64,000 nucleotides of DNA from Chrysomallon squamiferum (lineage: Eukaryota > Animalia > Mollusca). The translations under genes were made by a program, and so were the position numbers. Every line of letters begins with the position of its first letter. Position 1 is the first letter of the stretch. The notes below the pieces were generated by a model that saw only the letters and a list, made by a program, of their open reading frames with translations, made no database searches and had not been told where the DNA came from. Below are positions 53,841 through 64,000 of this stretch, in pieces. The DNA lies in assembly GCA_012295275.1 (NCBI GenBank), contig CM022665.1, forward strand, positions 33,418,001 to 33,482,000, read 5' to 3'.

Positions 53841-53902
<62 letters not shown>

Positions 53903-54354
53903 GTTTTTACTGTTTATTTATTTATTTACTGAGTCTTCTAACACCTTATAGTGCCTTTTTCACTGTACCCTCATATTATTATACTAAGAACAAATAGAGC
54001 ACCGGGGACACGCAGTCGTCAAGCGGCATGCGGGCGACAAGCATGTCTTGAGTGGAAATGAAAAACACATTGAATACATCTGACAAGCGGCAAATTTGGT
54101 GCAAAAATTCTGCATCCCCTATTGCATCAAGATGACTTGGTTCCCTTCATTCCACTTACGCCCACATCGCTCATCCACAACACAAGATACACAGGTAGAC
54201 CCTTCGTCATTGTATTACCTGTTCTTTCCAACACGTCTACTGTTGTCGCCCAGGTATTGTGGTTTTTCTTTATTTACGTACCTTTTCTTCCCCCTACATG
54301 TCTCTATAGATTATACAGAGAAAGGTATTTTTCCACTTCAACAATTAGTTAATA

Positions 54355-54402
<48 letters not shown>

Positions 54403-54911
54403 GAATAAGTAAAGAAAAAGAAGGAGAAATGTTTCTGATGGTTTTTCCATTCAATAAATGCCGGAAACACATGATAAATATAATTCCACTAGCAGCAGTG
54501 AGCTGGACGCGTCATTGTGTATGTGAACCTATATTGTTACACTGAAATCAGTTATGCTGAACTCTACATGCCTCGTGACGTTTCTCGCCAGCGAGCCGCC
54601 CATATTCTGTCTGTTCTTAGCTTTACTTACTCTGCGACCATGGCTAAGTATTTAGCAAAATAATTCGTGTGACGTCATGACTTGTTACGTACAATTCTGT
54701 TAATTCGATAATGATTTTGCAAGTGTGGGCACTGAGTGCGGTCGATTATTCCGAATATAATAATAATACTAATAAATAATAAAATAAACGTCTATAAACT
54801 TCATATACTTTATGCATGTGATACATGAGATATTTTCATTGTGATCATTGCTTTTTAAAACAGCAGTTGAAATCTATTCCAGACCCAAGAAACCTAGATA
54901 ACAGTGTATAA

Positions 54912-56194
54912 TCATAACTTTTTCAGGCCGAATACTCGGTCCAAAAAGGTTCTGGATCTTCGTTTATAATCTATTATTTCTTTGCACAAAATATGAAAGG
55001 CTTCGGTGACTTTAAGAACATCTTCTGATGCAGATACTTCAAGAAAAGGACACCCAAAGGCTAATGCCAATTTCAAACCTGAAAGTATATGCAAAATAAT
55101 GCAAATTTTAAAATAATAATAATAATAATAATAAATAATAAAAAAGTGTCGAAAGAAATTGATTTTATTCTGAACTGCTCTATAAATACAATATTTAAGA
55201 TTATTTTTCAGTTTCATCAAAATAATAAATAAATAAACTAGATAATACCTTCATCGTGTGTTATTTGTCTTACATGAGCTAAGTCACATTTATTCCCAAC
55301 TATAATAACAGGTGCATGGCCTGCCTTTTTGGCTTCTTCGACTTTCTTATACATATCCTGCAATATATCGAAACTTTTCCGGCAAGTCACAGAATAAACT
55401 AACATAAATCCGTCTGCCCAACGTAATACGTCTTCTCTAGCGCCCATATCATCATTCTGTTAAAGAGATAAAATTAATGGATATTTAATTTGTAATAAAT
55501 AAAAAATAATAAGATAAACGCCGGCAAATAAATATCTCTCTCTCTCTTTCTCACTCACACACACACACACGCACACACACACGCACCCACAAACAACAAC
55601 ACAGAAAGTGACTTACGCGTGATCTAGTATCAAGAAGTTCAAATGCTGTTGATTCCCCGTCAATATTCGTCATACACTTGTATTTAGCTTCTGTTAAAAA
55701 TAAAATATACACACACCTGCACACACACACATATATAAATATGATAATCAAAAATTTATACATCAAGAAAAAATACAAGACTTTAGCTTCTACTTAACAT
55801 CGGCTATAAAGAGACATCTGCAATTTGTGCTCGCGTTAAAGGTTTCAAAATAGTTTGAACCGAATTTTACTAAGATGAAGTTAGCAAATATTATTCTCTC
55901 TGTAAACTGCCTTAGGTGTAATATTTCGATGACTAATGAAAGATTATTTAAAATAATAATAATAATAATAATGGCAACATATTAATGGTATAAAAACAAA
56001 TTTACTGTTATTTTCATATTCCCAGGAAACAGTTACTAGAAAAGCAAGGAAACCACACTCCAACTTGAACGCTGTTGTAGCATGTTTTGACTAGATAAAG
56101 GTCGAACAAGTAGTCATGACGATAGAGTTTGGGTATTTGCTCGCACTCTCGGTATTTTCTGTTTCAGGACGTAATGTTGTGTAATTGCGAGCAG

Positions 56195-56232
<38 letters not shown>

Positions 56233-56406
56233 CTTTCCAAAACATCTTAACCTTTAAATATTAAAAACAGATGCCGATGTCTATGCCATACAGGTATACG
56301 TAAAAACTGTGAGCAAAGTAATTTATTTTGGCTGATGTCAGTTTTGAAAACTATATTCTATTTTTTATGGTTTCAATACATCATAAACATCTTAATTCTG
56401 TAACTA

Positions 56407-56467
<61 letters not shown>

Positions 56468-58373
56468 AAATAAAATTATAATAAGAAGAAATCAATAAAA
56501 CTTGTACATCATTTTTTTCCCCATAAAAACAAATAAAATAAAATAAAATAAAATAATTAAAAAAATAAGAAAACCCACGTTCTAAGATTCGAAAAGTTAA
56601 TTGTATATTCCTTTTTATGATACTCGATCAGTTATTGACTATATTCAATTGACTGCAACATAATTAATAGCAGAAAAAAAGTGATATGTACTATATGATT
56701 AATTAAGTGGATTAATCAAGCGGAATATTTTAATCATTTAAATTTTAAACGGATCGTGATCTAAGGGTTATTAGACTGGTGCGATCAGTGGCTATTAACT
56801 AAAAGAGGATTTGAGAGCGCAGTCTACAAAGGTAACTTTTTATCATTAAAAATTCAAACAACAATTGATTTTAAGGTAGTTATTATGTACATAGTTTGTT
56901 AATTCTGCAGGATAAAACGTGTCAAATACAACGTTGTGAAACCATCTAACAGAAGAGGTCTTTCTCTATTTTCGCTCTAATACATATAATAATAATTAAT
57001 ACTAAACTGAGCAGAGAATAAATGTTAAACGCAATATACAAAACAACAAATAGACACTAAATGTTATAATGTTTCCAGTATTTATCTAGCGTCTGTTACA
57101 GATTTTGATGGCGGCCATTTCGGATTTCATTTCTGAGTTTGTGATTATAGCAATGGTTTAGTTTCCATAAATATGCTTTTCCAATAATACTACAAATAAA
57201 CACACAGTGATATACATCGAAATGAGATTTACATACTAATAATAACATTAATATTCTAAATATTGTCATAATAATTTCCTATAGCAACAATTTTAGATTT
57301 TAGTTTTTTCTGTCTCAGATTATGATTATAGCAACGGTGCAGAATCCTGCACCTTGAAAACACAGGAAAATACACTGAGTTGAAGTTTCTACACTGACTG
57401 ATACGTAACATATTGTCAATAATATGTTTAGATAGCGTCCATTTTTAACACTCATGGAAAAATTTCATTGTTCATGGTCCCTTGTGTAAATTTTAGAATA
57501 TATATTTCAGCTCCCACTCCCTCCTTTCAAATAGCTCTAGCTAATTAGGGATACCACAATCTTGGTGTTTTATCTGTTCTAAATATTCCTAAAAGATGCC
57601 AAAAATAAATCTACCATTAAACCGTGTGACAAAAATAAATTTCGATGATAGTGACGTCAAGAACGGAAATAATTTCCTTAAATGAACTGAAGAAGGAAAA
57701 ATGCTAAATGCCTTACAACAGCTGAAAAATGACGCTTGAAAGAGATAAAGTTAATTATATTATTAACAAATACATTAAGCGACTATCAATGCGGTTCTGC
57801 TCATGTTATAATAATTATTATTTAGTATTTTCACAAATGAATGGTTAACGGGAGTAATCAAAGCCTCATTTTTATTTTATTTTTTTATTATAATTTTTTT
57901 TTAATAAATAACGGAAATCGGTTTACACCAGAAAATTAGAAACGACTAGACCTTCTTTGCTGTATCGATTTAACCATTCCATTAAATACATTCAGAACGA
58001 AACACAAGATTACTCTACTACTGATCGTCTATTTAATTTACATTTTATAACTGAATATTAAGACACGAAGCAAGAATATATTTTGCGCTTTTATAGATTT
58101 CAAAAGACCTTTTCTTCCAATTTCTAGTACTCACCCTTGGCAAAAATTGCTAGAAAATAATATGAATAGTAAATTAAAAATATATAAATAATTTAGAGCA
58201 GAGGTTTTCAAACTTTTTTCTAATTGTCCCCCTCAAAATAAATATTTTGTTGATGCGTTCCCATCTCCAAATATCACGACAGAGCAGCTTCACCATTGTT
58301 AGTTAATACATGAGCAAAACAACTGGATAAAATATAATGCAAAATTTTAATTTTTGAAGATAATAATAATAAC

Positions 58374-58419
<46 letters not shown>

Positions 58420-58520
58420 TATATTGGTTCTAAATGACAATACTATGTTGCTTTGCTTATAAAAAAAAAAAAAAAAAAAAATTCAATATGGTAGTAGAAG
58501 AACATAAAAGAATGCTCTGT

Positions 58521-58569
<49 letters not shown>

Positions 58570-61500
58570 TACACACATCACACGCATATATTTCAAAAAA
58601 AGAGGTATTTATTAATGAATAACTTGAGATTCTGACTATGACAGCAGCAGTAACAACAGGTGCAATAACAAATACTACTACAACACACCATCAAAAACCA
58701 GTTACAATTACTCTGATCTAGAATTCAGCTAAACCCACGTTTTAACTGACAAACGATAAAGTAGCAATTTACCTTTAGAACAATTTTCTTTAAAAAAATG
58801 TAACTGATACTTCGTGGCTGATTCAGCCACGTAGATCTATTATCCAAAAGAGAAACATACGTTATAAACAGAATTTTTAAAGTATTTGAGCATATACTAT
58901 TTAATAAAACTTCCCTTTTCATTTTTGTGGGTGGGGGGGGGTTTCTGTTTTGAGAACATAACAATAAAATCTGACATAATATTTATAAGAAAAAGAGAAA
59001 TGATTATTTCATATAATAATAATAACAACAACAACAAAGAATAGAAAGTTTAAACATTTTACCCATAGACTGGTCATATTCGCCTATGAATCTCTTCGTC
59101 AAGAATCTTACAGATAAAGCTGAAAATAAAAGAAAATATCAAAATATAAGACTAAACCATCTCTGATATTCGATCAAAGATCTGTTAATTCACTGTCAAG
59201 GCAGAGGAATACAGCAATATGCACCTGCACACAAACAATCGAAAATATAAAATCTATAATTTGTTTGTGAACATAAATATATTTAATTAAGTCCCAGTGT
59301 ATGTTAATATGTATAGAAAAACAATTTAAACCAACAACGACGATGACAACAACAACATCACATAAATAAATAAATAAATAAAATCTGTCATTTTCGAGTG
59401 CCAAGCAGTCGAACATACATACATACACACGCTGCAAGAAGAAATAGGAAGAGATTATGTGTGATTGATTGTAGAAAATAAATGTTGTTATGTTATTTCA
59501 GTTGGTCTAAGTATATAATATTATATATGAATCCAATAGTGCTTAATCTGATTTCTCAAAATACTGAAATAAAAATAAAATAAATAAATAATTAAAAAAA
59601 AACAATATTATTGACTAATGAATGCCTAGAACTTCAGTCTGTTTTAATTCAGAAAAAGTTTTTACTTCTAAAATGGTCTTATGTATTTTATATTATGTGT
59701 TTTACAGCTTATGTGTTTATATGATTAGTACTGTTATTATGCTTTATATGGCGAACAAGAACAACAACATTAATAGTAATAATTACAGTATTCAAATCAA
59801 TAATATTCTCTTGCTGCCGATAATTTCAGTTTCGCAAGTGATCAACCTATATCTTAGGAGTGCTCGATTGAAAGGGAAGCGTAGAAGGAAGTTCTATAAA
59901 AGAAACTGTACTAAGGACAATAATCTGCTTTTCATATTTATTTATTTTTATATTGAAAACAGTTTTCTCACATGCAGTCATGTTTCATTGTTAAAGAACG
60001 TTTTTCATACAAGAAACTAGTTGTATAAATACTCATCTTTAATTTCTTACACACAGAGCAGAACATCTCTATATCAAAGACGTATATACAATACATTCAT
60101 ATAATGATAAATATTATTTTAATATATAAATACAAATACCTCATAATATAGTTATTTTATTAATATTCATATCCATAATGTTTATCTATATGACACATAT
60201 TTTTTTCTAGTGTAAAATGATCTTACTTAAATAATTTCAGCACTGCTCTGCTTTTCTAGGTAGAATTTTAATGAATTTTAAAATTTTAAATGGATTGTCG
60301 TTTCACACACAAAATATATTTCATATACAGTGGTACCTTGACTTACGAGTTTAATTCGTTCCGTGACAGACAGAGCTCGTAATTCAAGTTTGCTCGTATA
60401 TCAAATCAGTTTTCTCAAATGAAATTAATTGAAATACCATTAATCCGTTCCGCCCCCCCCCCGAAAAAAGCCACACCAATTTTTTGAAAAGTGTTTTTAA
60501 ATAAGAAACTTGTATGTATAAATCACAAATATTGCATAAAAACAAAACAAAAGAGAATGCAAAGAAATAAATTGGTTTTGTAAAGTGTACAATTTTATGA
60601 TTTCTCAGCTTAGAAATTATTTTAACGCCTTTGGCTGGACTTAAGCCTTTATCGACGCCTTCTTCAGTATGATACATATCACAAAATTACTACGCTCGTA
60701 CTGCCTAGCAACGTTGACTACACGCACATCTCGCTCATGTTTTTCAATGATTTCATGTTTTAATTCAATGGACATCATCTGCTTCTTCTTCTCAGCACTG
60801 TCCTTTCACAGGATCCATGGAAATTTGGCAAAATACTGTACAAAACGCGAGCACAACACGACAGAGATGCTTCCACGGCGAGGTAACCGCGTGAAGCAAA
60901 CGAGTAAGGCGCGGAATGCCGGGCGGATTTTGTGTTATAACATCTTTATTAACTTAATTTTTATTTATATAAGCTGAAATTTAAGAGATCTTTGGAAATA
61001 ACATGTATATTTGTATATCAAAGCTTTACATAAATTAAAAAAAAAAAAGGCTCATGTATGATTAGTATAAAAAGAACTGAGATAGTATTTCATAGTATGT
61101 TTATGAATAAATACTTCAATATTTCATGTACTCGGACTTTTGTATTATTTTGCAAAACGGTGACAATACGTTTTAATTTTATTTTTAAACAAAACTAAAT
61201 GTGTATAAAATTATCAATTAAAGTTATGACGATTTGAAATATACATTTCATTAGAACTAGTTTGCGACTGGGTTTTTATTTATTTTATTATTTTTTTTTA
61301 TGTTAAAAATATATGTGAATTTCAATGATCTGTAAACAAAATTATAATAATAAAAAAGATAATAATAATAATAATAAATGTTAATACTAAAAAAATAAAT
61401 AAATAAATAAAATTAAAACATAATAATAATTATAAAAATAATAATACCCCACTCGCATTATTTTAGCTGTTTTTCAATAAAACAAAAATGAAAATCTATA

Positions 61501-62175
61501 GAAACACTAAACTTAGATAATTATAAAATAAAGCAAAAATGACACTTTCGGAGTTCTGAAATCAAAACAAAACGGATAATTTTGCTGTTTTCTTTCATTA
61601 TCTTTTGTTTGTTTGTTTTGTTATACTTTATAAAAGTAACTGAAAACAAATAATTGTTTTGTTTTGGTTGTTTCTTGATTTTGTTTTATTATTATTATTA
61701 TTATTAATTTTGTTTTGTGGTGGGTTTGGGTGTGCTTATTATTTCATTCTTCAAATATTTATGATGTGAAAACAACAGAAAAATATACTTTTTAAATAAC
61801 TGGATGTTGATAACAGTTTATTTTGGAAGTATGTGTTATATACGATAACAACTGGAACTGGAATTCTTATGTGAAGGAAAACATTTTGCATTTTTATTTC
61901 GTTCTTTAATTCACTTTGTATTTATTATCATCATAATAATACATAGCAAAGTACATATTTGTATAGATTCAGATCAAAAACAGAAACAGAAAAAGGTGTT
62001 GTTTATGAAGAGTTGCTACCTGTAATAGTTACTTACCGCTCTTCCCAACACCTTCCAAACCAAGCACAGCCACTTTGGTTTCCCCCAATGAAGATTTCTT
62101 TCGACGCAAATATGGTTTCAGTGTTGCCCCACTGGTGACCGCCGCAGGCTCGGACAGTCCAGAGGAAGTACTCAT
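54912..62175 (-). CDS. RERG/RASL-family Ras-like small GTPase, 5 exons, 214 aa, no CAAX
   Basis: Exons (minus): 62175-62037, 59119-59063, 55690-55617, 55456-55249, 55078-54912; 645 nt, GT-AG. G1 GLEGVGKS, VRFLTKRFIGEYD, G3 LDTRSR, RWADGFMLVYSVT, G4 GNKCD, G5 EVSAS. Confidence 0.92.
56407..56463. repeat. (AAT)n microsatellite
   Basis: Directly visible; similar tracts at ~54360-54402 and ~58360-58418. Confidence 0.95.
60328..60938 (-). mobile_element. Tigger element, same family as 616-1322, inverted and lacking one TIR
   Basis: TA|CAGTGGTACCTTGACTTACGAG. The body is the reverse complement of ~770-1322 (shared SPAKGVKIISK-type relic). In RERG-like intron 1. Confidence 0.88.
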
Positions 62176-62566
62176 TTTAAGTTGTCACCCAAACTTCACA
62201 TTAATATTCTTGATATTAGTTGTCCATATTAACTGAATTCGCGTGCCAAATAGAATTCGTTCCAGCAACGCAGACAGTGATATGTACACCTTTGAACAGA
62301 TGCTGTTTTGTTGTGTTAGCAACTGAGGTTAAGCCGCAGCTCCTTGGTTGCACTTTTCATTTTGAGAAAGATTTCTCCTATCGACCTGTGATACTGGCAG
62401 CACGCCTGTACTTTGCCATATGTAAGAAGAAACTGTGCCATACTACCAGTGTGCTCTGCACGCACACAGACACAAAATGAAGTATTTCATCGTAAACGAA
62501 TATGAAATTGCCCCTCATTTTATATTTTACTAAATTTAATCTGAAAAATTTCATTTTGATTAGTAC

Positions 62567-62758
62567 TGTTGTATCTAAATGGTGTTTATGGTTAACATTG
62601 TTACAGTTTATGAAGTTTTGGGGAACCGGAATAAGGGAGATAGTATTATATGACGTTACCGGGAGCATGCGTTTATTTTTGTTCGCAGCCATTTTTGAAA
62701 CGAAATAAATTGTTTGGAAACTGAAATGAACTTTATGTTTTAATGTTAAAACATAACA
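62567..62758 (+). repeat. 5' LTR (192 bp, TGTTG...TAACA) of a Gypsy element
   Basis: TG...CA ends, internal AATAAA (~62704), PBS 2 nt downstream. The left boundary is inferred from TGTTGTA at 62567; the 3' LTR is outside the window. Confidence 0.65.
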
Positions 62759-62760
62759 TT

Positions 62761-62778
62761 TGGCGACGAGGATGGGAT
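62761..62778 (+). other. Primer binding site TGGCGACGAGGATGGGAT (complementary to the tRNA-Ser(GCU) 3' end)
   Basis: Begins TGG directly after the LTR; complement of ATCCCATCCTCGTCGCCA. Confidence 0.8.
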
Positions 62779-64000
62779 AAGACTTGTTGAACTGTTTCCT
62801 GAAATTAACCAATAATGAAATATGGCTACCTACGGTAAAGTTGAAGAGTTTGACCTAGAAAGCTCCCATTGGGATGAATACATCGAACGTTTGGTACAAT
62901 ATCTGTTGGCGAATAATGTAGACGATGCCGAAAAGAAATGTTCCATTTTGTTGTCCGTATGTGGTGCCAAGACTTACAGGTTGATTCGAAATTTGACTTC
63001 GCCCGAGAAACCGGCAAGTAAGACTTACGAACAATTGAAAACCTTGATAGGAAATCATCTCAAACCAAAACCTTTGGTGATTGTGGATGGGTTCAAATTC
63101 TATCAACGGAAACAAGAGCCCGGAGAGACTAAGTGACTTTTTGGCTGAATTAAGACAATTGATTGAACACTGTGAATTTGGTGCATTTTTGACTGAAGCA
63201 TTAAGATACATTTTGGTCTGTGGTCTGTCTGAAAAGTCAATACAGAAAAAATTTCTCTCTCAACATGACTTATCACTGAGGAAAGCCTTGCAAATAGCTG
63301 TTAGTATGGAAATGGCAGCTAGACAAACTGGCACGCTGAAAATTGGAATTAAGTCAGAAACGGAACAGTGATTCGGAAAGTGAAAATGCTGAATCTGAAA
63401 CAGGTTTAAAAATGCACGAGGTTCATGAAGAATCTGGAAGTAACAAAACTGAATCAGAAGTTATAAAAGGTGTTCAAGAAAATAAAGAGGTTGCAATGGA
63501 AAGAAATGACAGTGATTTTGAACAGTCAATTTTCACAGTAAAATCTACAAAAGCGAAAGAAATTCAAATTTCATTGGAACTGAATGGTGTGCCATTCAAA
63601 ATGGAAGTAGATACAGGTGCTTCTGCATCGGTTTTTCCAATAAGAGTTATCATGAAAAATTGAAGAAAACAGTGCCATTGAAATCAACATCGATTGTGTT
63701 GAAAACTTATACAGATGAAGTGGTGCCAGACCGTGGGCAAATTGAGGTGATTGTTAAATATGGAAAGCAGAAAAATCTTTTGCCTTTAATTGTTGTGAAA
63801 GGAAATGGACCAACTTTGTTTGGACGGAATTGGTTCCAAAACATTCAGTTGGACTGGAACAGTATTAAGCTTATGAAAGCCTGTGGAAACCCCAAAGATT
63901 TGTTCAGTAGATATTCAGTTTTTTCAAATGAATTGGGAACAGTAAAAGGCATAAGAGCTCATCTGAAAGTGAAAGAGGATGCTACTCCAAAGTTTTTCAA

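Larger units (their letters stand above)
62567..64000 (+). mobile_element. Gypsy/Ty3 (Mag-like) LTR retrotransposon, 5' part (gag, aspartic protease), frameshifted; continues beyond the window
   Basis: gag MATYGKVEEFD..WDEYIERL..LLSVCG..YRLIRNL..P (62822-); F..R.Q.PGE..LR..LVCGL; protease MEVDTGASAS and LFGRNW; then LGTVKG..AHLKVKEDATPKF. Confidence 0.92.

Noticed and set aside
1-64000. tRNA/rRNA genes, CRISPR arrays, operon-like prokaryotic systems
   Set aside because: None seen; the window is eukaryotic intron-exon DNA, and most short ORFs in the track are microsatellite or AT-rich noise.

Overview
AT-rich, intron-rich animal genomic DNA (probably an invertebrate such as a mollusc; this is inference only). 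I reconstructed three spliced protein-coding genes by hand, with GT-AG junctions and consistent phases. (1) A 10-exon TFB2M/mtTFB2-like gene on the minus strand, 14220-23767, 410 aa. (2) A 16-coding-exon, 1439-aa gene on the plus strand, 36814-49860, with architecture MBD - PHD-like Cys/His finger - F-box - LRR, probably transcribed divergently from TFB2M. (3) A 5-exon RERG-like small GTPase with atypical switch motifs on the minus strand, 54912-62175, 214 aa. Mobile DNA includes a full-length RNase H-bearing I-group LINE with a 10-bp TSD, an older decayed LINE, a decayed intron-containing PHD-FLYWCH-MULE transposase, several Tigger/mariner relics, long-TIR MITEs and the 5' part of a Mag-like Gypsy LTR element at the right edge. 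The most interesting signal is the MBD-PHD-F-box-LRR protein, which looks like a methyl-CpG-reading counterpart of the CXXC-PHD-F-box-LRR (KDM2/FBXL19) proteins. The window also carries a visible mosaic gene-body CpG-depletion footprint.
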